The position numbers and the translations under genes are program-made. A stretch of DNA of 57,961 nt, the filler included, from Globobulimina sp. (Eukaryota): the NCBI GenBank assembly GCA_003354225.1. It is 8 parts of 8 records of this genome, joined end to end, with 100 filler letters (N's around TTAATTAATTAA, not from the genome) between each part and the next. Parts side by side here need not be neighbours in the genome. Positions count along the whole stretch, not along the records: positions 36,353 to 43,498 come from PIVH01000191.1; positions 43,599 to 50,731 come from PIVH01000192.1; 6 more parts are not named here. One strand, written 5' to 3'. Shown here in pieces: positions 39,568 to 49,107 of the stretch. The notes beneath the pieces are model-generated. The model was not told where the DNA came from, made no database searches, and saw only the letters and a list, made by a program, of their open reading frames with translations. Each line of letters starts with the position of its first letter. Positions within the stretch are counted from its first letter, which is position 1.

Positions 39568-39804
39568 TTTTGTTACAAACTGACACTCTCAAACTCATAA
39601 TCGGTAAAAACTGTCCACTCTGATAAAACGGGTGGACACTTTTTGCACTAAAATGACTCATAATCGACAAAAATATTTTAATCATATCCTCATCTCGCTA
39701 GCTCTACACCACTTTTCCCCAATTTTTCGTTTTTCAAATAATCACTCTGTTTTTCAGAAACAATCTTGTTTTCATATTCTGAATTTTTAAACTTGTTTAC
39801 ATAG

Positions 39805-41514
39805 AAAATGTTATCCCAATATTACAAGAAATTGATTCAGAATGTGCTAATTTGCTCCAAGAATTAGTCTTATTATGGCAAAATCCGCCGAAAGTCAAAC
39901 AACATTTTAATATAAACTTATTCCGTAAATATTTAAGCAATCACCCAAATGGAGAAATCGAGGTAAATTTGATTAAAGATGGATATCCTTTACATTTAAA
40001 AAAGAGAGATCCATCAAAATTATGCAAGAGCGTGTCAAATATGCTTGTTAATAAGAATGGTAAAAGAAGCGAAAAAGGCATATATAACTACAACACATAA
40101 ACATTTACATTATAATCTAAACTTATTATGTGTTCCCAAAAGGAACAATGAAACACATTTAATGACAGAGATTCGAGTAGCAAGACATGGTTCTTTCGCT
40201 ACCAAAAGATCGATATCCATAAATGATTTAATTGACAAAGATAAATGTAAAATGCCTACGCTTCCAAACCTTCGTAAATACATTGAATTACTTCTTAAAT
40301 ATAATTATGTCTCCCTTCGTGACCTAAAAGATGCTTTCAGACAATTGAATTTAGCGTCATCTGACGCTGATTACATACAATATTGCATCTTCGGTCTCAG
40401 TTTCAGAGATCTTCGCCAAGCATATGGTTTAGCCTCAGCAGCAGCAAACTGTCAACATTTTGCACAAATACTTATTTGGATCCTTGAAAATAAATTCTTG
40501 AATAAACATCAAAAGGACAGAATTCTTGTCCATATCGATGATTTTATTTTAGCTGCAGACAGTGAAAAAGAGGCAATTGCCCTCGCTAATAAATTTGATA
40601 CAATGTGTCATCAATTAAATATCGCTGTATCTCATGCCAAGGATGAAAATGGAATCTGTATTGGTGTGGTACATGGAACAGGTTTTAATTTAAAAACAAA
40701 ACATGTTTACATACCGGTACATAAATATAATGAATTAAAGAATGGTTTAAGTTTAATGATAAAATATCGATATGCTACAGGACGTGCACTGGAATCTATA
40801 TGCGGGAAAATGATGCATTGGTCCCAACTAAGGAAACCAGCAAAGGTTTTGTGTTATCGTTTATTGAGATTAATACATAAAAAGATTCGATCAAATCCAA
40901 AACTAAAAAATAAAATATTTTGGATACCTGATTTGATTGTAATGGATCTCAAATTTTGGTTACAGTACGCATCTTATATGCGGAAAGTGACAATGCATTC
41001 AGTGGTCCACCAGCCTTCTATAACAATTACAGGAGCAACAGATGCGAGTAATATTGGTGGTGGCTTTGTAGTGGGTTCATATTATGGTGCGTATGAATTC
41101 ATTGATGGGCCCAATTTATTTGGTATAAATCATAGACAAATGTCTATAAATTACCAGGAAGCGCATGCAATAATTACTTTGTTATATAACTATCGACACA
41201 TACTATCCGGTCGACAATTATTGCTTTATATTGACAACACATCAGTTCTTTTCAGTATCTATAAACATTGGGCTGGCAGTGAAAATCTAATGGAATATAT
41301 TCAAGAAATTGTTCTTTTAATGTGCATATATTCAATTGGTCTCCGCGTCGAATTTATACCATCATCTTTTAATGATTTAGCGGATTCACTATCTCGTTTT
41401 GATTGGAAACGTTTTTATAATACAATTGATGCATATAATTTGAAAATGAATGATTCACAAACACAAATTGAATATTATCCAACATTACGTTTGCTACGTA
41501 AATATGATTTGTAA
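39805..41514 (+). CDS. Reverse transcriptase + RNase H (pol); +1 frame break within 40000-40100
   Basis: RT motifs SLRDLKDAFRQL, AYGLASAA, VHIDDFIL; RNase H motifs TDASNIGGG, SINYQEAHAI, IDNTSV, NDLADSLSR. The N-terminal part (YLSNHPN..LIKDGYPL) lies in another frame upstream. Confidence 0.9.
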
Positions 41515-41733
41515 TAACTTGTACTAATCTGAGTATTCATTTCAATCAGTTGCGACTATTGACAATATGTTTATGTTTCTGATTTTATATTACAATGACT
41601 TAAGCCCAAGTTCCCATGATACCAACGACTGAAAATGAACTGACTTACAAAACACTTACTTTTATTTCAAAAACCTTTCCTCGAGAAACACAAACTACCG
41701 CTAACAACTAATATTTTTGTTGTACATATTTAG

Positions 41734-43008
41734 AATTTACATCAAGAACAATATGGGCGAGACCGTTTGCAAAACAAGATGTTAAAACAACAAAACGGAT
41801 CATCAGAGATTTGTTTCGATCACGGAGGATAACCACCAAAGAGAATTATATTTCAGTACTTAAAGATTGGTGGGGTTATTGTATAGAAAATGGCAGCAAT
41901 CCATTTACACCGAATATAAATCCGACAGTCGCAATTTATTGGCAATATGATAGAGCAGATCGTCTCGGTTCATGTAATTCTCATTCAACGTGGTCATCAG
42001 CTCTATCTTGGTGGGTAAAATCATGTGGTAAGACACCAATTTATTATAAGGATCTCTTTTATAGAGATGTCCATGATACGATGGTGAAATTATATAAAAT
42101 TAAAAGGAAACCACGCCTACCTCTAAAAATCCAATGGATTGTGAGATATTTGAAATATATTAATGTGACACCAAAAACATGGTCAAATTGCAAATTAGAT
42201 GATTTAACATTGGCTTTTTTATTATTAATGGCCTTTTTTACAATGAGCCGTCCAGCGGAGATCCTATTTACTGACAGTACGGAAAATCCGGACTGGGAAA
42301 TTATTTCAACGGGTCTCCGTTGGGGCGATATCACATTACATAATATTAACAAAGTATATAATCGGAGATATATGAAAATATATATTCATTGGTATAAAAA
42401 CCAAGAATTTCGGAATGAGCCGAAATTGATTTATATGGCACCTCCAGTTTGCCACAAGAAAAATTGTCATTGCCATATGTTAGATTTTTATGCGATTTAT
42501 TTAATTTTATTGGAGAGGAGAACAGAGATTGTAAATAAATTGCGTTTACTCTCAAGTCCGTATTCAAAAAAATCCAAAGCAAAGAAAACCCAGAAACGAT
42601 TGAAAAATTTGAATATAGACAAAGAGTGTTATATCTTTGTGGGCTCAAATGGAGCCATTTGGCGACCATCAAAGCTTTCATCCATTATGAAACATTTAAG
42701 TCTTAGCCATTCAATCCCCACAATCGTATCCTGCCTATAGCATTCGCATAGGATCGACATCGCTATGTCATTTACAAGAAATTGATTTACTTAAAGTGAT
42801 TCGATTTGTTGTCTGGTCAATCAAAGATTTACCACATGTTTCCACCAGATATATCAACATCACATTACAACAATTACGCATTATACCGTTTGAAATGTTA
42901 CATGGTCGTAACAGACCAGGTCATAATAATATTGATAAAAGTAATGGCCATTTGAAAACATATAATATTTGGGAAGGAAATTTATGTGAAGAATTATTTA
43001 CCAGTTAA
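41734..43008 (+). CDS. Tyrosine recombinase; +1 frame break within 42700-42740
   Basis: N-terminal TTKENY..WWGYC..NPF; catalytic R (FFTMSRPAEI) and K (WYKNQ). In the next frame: YSIRIGSTS (HxxR box), VVWS and RYI (nucleophile Tyr). Confidence 0.88.
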
Positions 43009-43082
43009 ATAGAATTGATTTTAAATAATTTGAGAAACACTTTAAATAACTTTTAAATGACTTTATAGCAATGACTACTAAC

Positions 43083-43106
43083 AAATTTCAATCTTGATTG
43101 AAATTT
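43083..43106. other. Perfect 11-bp inverted repeat in the element's non-coding region
   Basis: aaatttcaatc-tt-gattgaaattt. Confidence 0.8.
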
Positions 43107-43379
43107 ATCTTGACTGGTTACAGAATGCAAATATCAAAATATTCCACTCTTCCAGGGCACACAGGGAGTAGATCTTTACAGAAACAGTTTATTTATATAT
43201 AAAGAAAACGTTTCTGAACTGATCAAACCGGAGAATAAAGAACCTGACACTTTGTATCCGGTTATTCACCCGTATGATGTCAGATTGTCTGTTGTGAGAT
43301 GAGTGGTCTTATAATTAGTTGAGTCCAATTCTCAACCATTTCTCAGATTTATTTTTACGAAGCACACATTTTAATATCC

Positions 43380-43498
43380 TTGATATTGCTTTCAGTAATC
43401 ATCACGGTATTGAATATGAGATATTGAGTCAGTAAATACTTCCTTTTAAAGTTTACGTTTTTTCCAGATTTCAGAAAAACCTCAAGCTTCCTCAAAAT
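43380..43498 (+). repeat. 119-nt exact direct repeat, copy 2 (contig end)
   Basis: Identical to 36353-36471. Confidence 0.97.
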
Positions 43499-43608
43499 NN
43501 NNNNNNNNNNNNNNNNNNNNNNNNNNNNNNNNNNNNNNNNNNTTAATTAATTAANNNNNNNNNNNNNNNNNNNNNNNNNNNNNNNNNNNNNNNNNNNNGA
43601 ATGGATAA

Positions 43609-44071
43609 ATAATAAATATAAAAAAATTATAATTTCAAGAAATCCAAAGGATGCATGTGTTTCATACTATTATCATCAAAAGAATTTAAATAAAAAATTA
43701 GTAAAGTCCAGATTCAATGGTGGTTTTAATTTATTTTTTATGCTTTGGATATGCGGATTAGTGCGAAATGATAATTACTTTAAATGGCATAGAGAATGGT
43801 ACAATGTATATAGTAATAAAAAAAATAAATTATCATCGAAAATTCATTGGATGTACTATGAAGATCTAAATTTAAGAAATGAAATGAAATTAAAAAAATT
43901 ATACAATTTATTGGTGTAGATATAAATATGGCGGACAATGTGATTATTGATAGGATTATCAAGCAAACAAGTTTTGAGAAAATGAAAAAACATTATGATG
44001 CACAAAAGGAATTGTCGGAGATTGGAAAAATCATTTCAATGACACTCAGAGTACGATTATTGACCATTTAA
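43609..44071 (+). pseudogene. Sulfotransferase fragment, frameshifted (absent from the ORF track)
   Basis: Manual translation gives KIIISRNPKDACVSYYYH (3'-PB motif) and WMYYEDL. After a frame break at gaaatgaaatgaaatt (about 43876-43891) it continues EIKKIIQFIG..QTSFEKMK. Confidence 0.75.
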
Positions 44072-44314
44072 TCACCACCAATTTTCATCATACTCCGTCT
44101 TTTAAATATTACAATGATTTGCGGAATAAAAAGAAGAAATATATAAGATCTAAATTGTAACAATTGGCAATTTCTGCAAATAAAATTATAAAATATAACA
44201 ATTTCCGCCTTTTTTTTGGTGTGTGTTTATCTCAATAATCTGCTGTCTGTGATCCATATTGTTGTGCTAAATAAGTAAAATTGCCACAAACTTAAAGCTT
44301 GTTTTTCTTTTATA

Positions 44315-44944
44315 ATGACAACAGGAATCATTTTTTATTTATTAAGCATTAGCATCGCACGCGTTTATGGTGCATTAAGCGATGATTATCCACAATGGCC
44401 ATCACCGTCAAATTGGGAGGGGACATTTTCAATTCCTGCATTAAAAGCATCTGGAATCATGCAATTTTGTTATGATGCAGAAAATGAATTGTTTACAAAA
44501 AATTTTACTTACAATATGTATCAAGGGAAAGCAACTCAATTTTCATTGGGTTTAATATTTATAGATGCAACAGAATATGTACTCTGTTATGGGCCTTCTG
44601 ATTGTACTGCACATGACCTGTCACCTGGGGAATGTTCTAAATATCCATTGACGCAGTTCCCTTTTGGGTATGATCAATTTAAAGATTATACCAATGTTGG
44701 TATTGTATCGGTTTATAACGACGCTGTCAATGAAATGAAGCAGGTTTCTCATTATGTTGGTGATATTATTGGTTATCCAACCGGAAGATTTGCAACAGCT
44801 CAATATTTTGATGACACAAATTCAAGTGATCCAATTGGTAACATCTATATCGATGAACTTAATTGGTATACAGAAATTAGATGGTTTGATCAAATCAAAG
44901 CAGGAGTTGACACTGACTGTTTTAAATTACTTCCTTCATGTTAA
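44315..44944 (+). CDS. Secreted 209-aa protein, possibly ependymin-related (LolA-like fold)
   Basis: Signal peptide; P-x2-P..W, FCYDAEN, CSKYPL and terminal F..P..C pattern recall ependymin-related proteins (inference). Confidence 0.5.
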   Translation: MTTGIIFYLLSISIARVYGALSDDYPQWPSPSNWEGTFSIPALKASGIMQFCYDAENELFTKNFTYNMYQGKATQFSLGLIFIDATEYVLCYGPSDCTAHDLSPGECSKYPLTQFPFGYDQFKDYTNVGIVSVYNDAVNEMKQVSHYVGDIIGYPTGRFATAQYFDDTNSSDPIGNIYIDELNWYTEIRWFDQIKAGVDTDCFKLLPSC

Positions 44945-45152
44945 CAAATGAAATGTGACTTTTTAATTTATATACTACATAAAATAATGCTACATCTGAC
45001 ACTGTCAATAAGTGAATAATCGAATATTATGAGTCAAACAGTGTAGAGATTAAAGCACATCAAATTATGGGTGCGACGACATAACAACGTATATTATTGT
45101 AATAAATCCACACAAAAAAAAATGGAGCAATTTATTTATAATGATTAACATT

Positions 45153-45761
45153 TTAGAAATATTGGTCTTTTTCAACTTTAGACACAAACCAATTGTCCTC
45201 ACTATTTCTGTTTGAATACGCAGTGACTTCCTGTTGTTTGTGTCCCCAATCCGGATAAAAATGTGAATGCGAATGTAACGAATGGTTTGTATTGGAATGA
45301 ATTAAATTGATCACATCCCCTCTTAACCAACAATCCGATTTATTATTTTTAAATTCTATTTTCCAGTTATCATTGCTGTCAGGGTTCCAATAACATGTCA
45401 CTTCCTGTTGTGAGGTCACAGCACTTTTTCTTCCTTTATGCGAATGCAAATAACATCCAGTTTGATAATGTTGCAATCGAATTGTATCGCCATTTTTTAC
45501 TGTTTGCTGGAATAATTGCAATGAATTTTTATTCTCATGATATGATTTCACAATCCACCAATCATCGTTATTATGACTGCTATAACATGTGATCTGTTGT
45601 TGCTTGGATCCGACGGGAAATGCGATATGATGCGAATGTAAGCGATACTGCGTATTTTTATGCTCAATTACTACACGACTTCCATATGTAATTTGTTTAT
45701 ATGTTTGGAGGTCTACAACGGCATCGTTCGTCTTTGTATCACAGTCTGCTTTCTGCGCCAT
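45153..45761 (-). CDS. Stand-alone MIR-domain (beta-trefoil) protein, SDF2/PMT-like
   Basis: Three repeats of LHSH....QQ(Q/E)(I/V)T.Y....D.W; ITYGS at the start. No signal peptide seen. Confidence 0.88.
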   Translation of the reverse strand: MAQKADCDTKTNDAVVDLQTYKQITYGSRVVIEHKNTQYRLHSHHIAFPVGSKQQQITCYSSHNNDDWWIVKSYHENKNSLQLFQQTVKNGDTIRLQHYQTGCYLHSHKGRKSAVTSQQEVTCYWNPDSNDNWKIEFKNNKSDCWLRGDVINLIHSNTNHSLHSHSHFYPDWGHKQQEVTAYSNRNSEDNWFVSKVEKDQYF

Positions 45762-45806
45762 CTTAATTTCAACAAACAAAACTGAAATTAAAATTTTTTA
45801 GTCGAA

Positions 45807-47029
45807 ATGGATGCAAAAAGTCTAACAAATGTTTCTGGAGAAGCTAAGTTAAACGATACAAGAAATACAATCGATTGCGATGTTATTAATGAACTGTATG
45901 ACCGAATTATGGATGATCTAAACACTCAGAAAAAAATATTACATCAACGAGTAAATGATTGGAAACAAGATACAAATATTAATATTGATGAACAGTTGAA
46001 TATGAATGAAATATTACAAAATAAATTTGCATCACAACACGATATTTCCCTCACAATTTATGATATGATTAAAAGTCAAATCTTACAAACATTCAATCAC
46101 AAAAACACGAAAAATAAAATTGGAAACAATAACGTTTTTCAAACAATACATGAATCCATTACAAGTATCGAGCAATATGGATTGGACTGTAATTATAATT
46201 TTAACTCAATTTTATCCCAATTTAATTCAACAAATATCATATTTTCATGTTATACCGTCAAATTATTATATTATTCACACAACAAATACGAAAGTTTTGT
46301 GAATAATAATATTGAGACTGGCACATTGATGTTATACCACAATAAAGCAGCAAATGTGCAATATTTAGTGTTTAGTATTTATAACAAAATACTATCATTT
46401 CAGCCAATTGTTATTGACAATGATTATTCTGATCAGAAACAAGAGGAACAGTTTGCAAATTGGATTGCCTCCGATTGGTGTTTCCAAGGACAACATTTTC
46501 CATTTTGTGCTATTTTCGAAAATAATCAAGACGTTATCTCATTTATTCAATGTTTTAAATGTGACCATGAAAATACACCGGAATGTAAACAGTTCATTGA
46601 GAGAAATGATGAAAAGAATACATTCCAAGTCAAAGAATTGTTAAGTTATTTTTTTTTAATTTTGCGTATAGAATTATTTAGTAAATAAAGTGCAGAAATG
46701 TAAGAAAAGTGCTTCGGTGGGATTTGGAAGAAAAAAAATGGATTAAATTATGTAATAAATGCACGATTAAAATTGATAAAGATGCAGGAGATAGTAATAA
46801 AATGATGATATGTATCAAAGAGAAGCAATCAATTATTATCAAACATGTTATTCCGAATAAAAAAACAGCAAATTTTAAAACGAGTGAAGCGAACTTGCAT
46901 TACAGCTGTCAATGGAATGCCGAATGTGATTTAATTCAAAAAAAATCGGCTTTTGCAGTTATTGTGTATTTTAAAACAAAGACTTTGTTCGATTGTTTTG
47001 TAAAGTTGTTTCGAAAAATATCCATATGA
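45807..47029 (+). CDS. Hypothetical protein with coiled coil and possible PH-like (RanBD/EVH1-like) domains; intron 46640-46695
   Basis: Phase-2 intron TT|gttaagt...gcag|A joins the ORFs. KVLRWDLEEKKWIKL resembles the start of RanBD-type PH folds (weak). Confidence 0.5.
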
Positions 47030-47123
47030 AATGTTCAACTTTATTCAACTTTGAAAATGAAAATGAAAATGAAGTGCAAGGATACAATTAATGTGAAAAA
47101 CTTCAACAAACGGTGCGAGGATG

Positions 47124-47810
47124 TTACTTATGTTTATGTCTATGGCGAGAGCGCGATCTCGACCTTGATCTGGATCTGGATCTGGAGTTAGAATTCGATC
47201 TCGATCTAGATTTGGATGTAGATTTTTCTTTGATTTGTAGGTCTTTATCGATTTCTAGCAATGGAGATTTGCGCATTTTAATTTGCTTATTTTCCTCCAA
47301 TATGTGTCTTTTGGTTAAATGTGGCAATGATGTTTGGAATACAAAGTCATTGCAAATAAATTGATCGATTAAGTCATCGACATGAGTTATGATGTATGTT
47401 CCATCCAATTTCCTTTGTATAATTTTCCTATAATCGGCGTACAATGGCTCTAAATATCGATAAATATCCAATGAATTGGCAGTTAATCGTAAATAAAAAG
47501 CAGCTAAAATGCGTATGTATTTATGATCGGACTGCTTTATGAATTCTAAGATAATATTTTTTGATGGTTGGATTTGTAGCATTTTCAAAATTAAACAAAT
47601 AAAAGGTGACGGTTTCCTTAATCCACCATAAGTACCACAAACATATTTCAATTCCATTGCTTTATCCACCAATAATTCTGCGGTTAATGCAAAACAATGT
47701 TGCTTCCAATATAAACATTCATAAATTTTATTTCTTGTTATTTTCTCAACAATGTATTGTGGGTTTGTTCCATGCACCGATTGGTAATTCTTTCGGGTTG
47801 AATTTGCCAT
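47124..47810 (-). CDS. PRPF38A: Pre-mRNA splicing factor PRP38A
   Basis: MAN.T....SVHGTNPQYIVEKITRNKIYECLYWKQHCFALTAE, KPSPFICLILKMLQIQP, YLEPLYADYRKI, and an RS-rich tail. Confidence 0.96.
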   Translation of the reverse strand: MANSTRKNYQSVHGTNPQYIVEKITRNKIYECLYWKQHCFALTAELLVDKAMELKYVCGTYGGLRKPSPFICLILKMLQIQPSKNIILEFIKQSDHKYIRILAAFYLRLTANSLDIYRYLEPLYADYRKIIQRKLDGTYIITHVDDLIDQFICNDFVFQTSLPHLTKRHILEENKQIKMRKSPLLEIDKDLQIKEKSTSKSRSRSNSNSRSRSRSRSRSRSRHRHKHK

Positions 47811-47880
47811 GATTTAAATTAAAAAAAAACACTTTCTCACTTACTCTACTCTTCTTTTCATCAGCTCGGAAAATCAAATA

Positions 47881-48294
47881 ATGTGGTCGTTTATTGAAAA
47901 TATTGCAAAATTAAGTTTGTTGACTGGCTTATTATTTGGTATTTTATTATGTGGTGAAACTGAAACAGTGGGAGAAGAATATTGTGATTGTACGTTGTCA
48001 GTATGGATGGAACGGCAACAATGTAAAGGTGTATTACCAATGCATGTTCATTTTAACTTCAGTGAAGAATGTGTCTCATTTCGTGATATGTTTTCATTTC
48101 AATTCAATCAGTCATCGAATAATGGATCACTGCGCTTTGTACTTTATGAAGAAAATCGATGTATACCGACACAGGAGATGTATGCTCATTTTTTCAATCT
48201 TAGCATTTGTCATCATGTTGCAATTAAAAATGGATCCATTGACGCATCGATGTCAGTATCATGTTCCACTGTGAATATTTCGTCTTGGTATTAA
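47881..48294 (+). CDS. Small secreted Cys-containing hypothetical protein
   Basis: ATG-initiated 137-aa ORF with a signal-peptide-like N-terminus. Confidence 0.45.
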   Translation: MWSFIENIAKLSLLTGLLFGILLCGETETVGEEYCDCTLSVWMERQQCKGVLPMHVHFNFSEECVSFRDMFSFQFNQSSNNGSLRFVLYEENRCIPTQEMYAHFFNLSICHHVAIKNGSIDASMSVSCSTVNISSWY

Positions 48295-48559
48295 TTGATT
48301 TATTAAACAATATGTGTCAGCAAAAATGATGACTTTGGATAATGATTTTTTTTATTTTTTTCTCACATTTGTTTGTGATATTTTTTATTTAATCGTATAT
48401 TTTTTATCAGGCCAACATTAACTCTGAGCTCATACCATATTGCTGCTGCCACTGCCACTGCAATAGTGTTAATGTCAGGCTGTCAGAGTTTTTCGAAGTG
48501 GTAGTAACAGCATGAAATCATGGTTAATAACATAATAAGGCAATTAAGCTATTTTAACA

Positions 48560-48916
48560 ATGAGTACTGATGAATCAACAGCAACGATAATTTTTACAAT
48601 TTTAGACTTGATAATTATCATTATTTCCATCATTGTTATACCTTGTTTTTTTCTTATTATGCTCGCTCTGAGCAGCAGTGGAATGGCATCAAACCACTCG
48701 TCTCCATTGAAACCTATCTATTATATTTGCACAATATCATGTGGTCTCATTGTAATTCCATTAATTATATCTATCGTATTTATGTGGTTGATAAATGCTG
48801 GAAGTTATGAAACAAGCAACGACAAAATATTTTGGATTTCCGCAATTTTACCATTTAGCTGGGCAGTCTGTCTTTTATTCATTGCGAGTTTTTATTATTG
48901 CCGTTATTATGCTTGA
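48560..48916 (+). CDS. Small three-TM hypothetical membrane protein
   Basis: ATG-initiated 118-aa ORF with three hydrophobic helices. Confidence 0.5.
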   Translation: MSTDESTATIIFTILDLIIIIISIIVIPCFFLIMLALSSSGMASNHSSPLKPIYYICTISCGLIVIPLIISIVFMWLINAGSYETSNDKIFWISAILPFSWAVCLLFIASFYYCRYYA

Positions 48917-49107
48917 AATGTCTTCGCTTCACGGATCTTTGCGCAATTTAAATGATCTAAAATCAAACGGACTGGCTGCGCATAACCCTGATATCACAAA
49001 AAATAGCCAACGCTCTATATATACACGAACTAAATTATACATCATATTAAATTAATGTTTTAAAAACGCAGACCTTTCACTCTAAAAACTCTAACACAGT
49101 AGCTAGG

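Larger units (their letters stand above)
36353..43498 (+). mobile_element. Tyrosine-recombinase retrotransposon (DIRS order; Ngaro/PAT-like order gag - RT/RNase H - YR), occupying the whole contig
   Basis: Co-oriented gag-like zinc-knuckle ORF, RT/RNase H ORF and tyrosine recombinase ORF. No DDE integrase, protease or methyltransferase is seen. The contig ends share an identical 119-nt sequence. Confidence 0.92.

Noticed and set aside
39995-40001. T-TTA-AAA slippery heptamer for -1 frameshifting
   Set aside because: The RT frame requires +1 (or -2), not -1.
39805-43008. Bacterial retron, DGR or prophage integrase system
   Set aside because: The RT has a DIRS-type RNase H and a gag-like finger, with eukaryotic splice signals. 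No template/variable repeat pair or msr-msd was seen.
36353-43498. LTR retrotransposon with 119-bp LTRs
   Set aside because: There are no TG..CA ends, protease or DDE integrase, and a YR is present. The repeat sits exactly at both contig ends with a k-mer-like length, so its length is probably set by the assembler.
47113-47364. DLDLDL-repeat ORF
   Set aside because: It is the antisense of the PRP38 RS tail.
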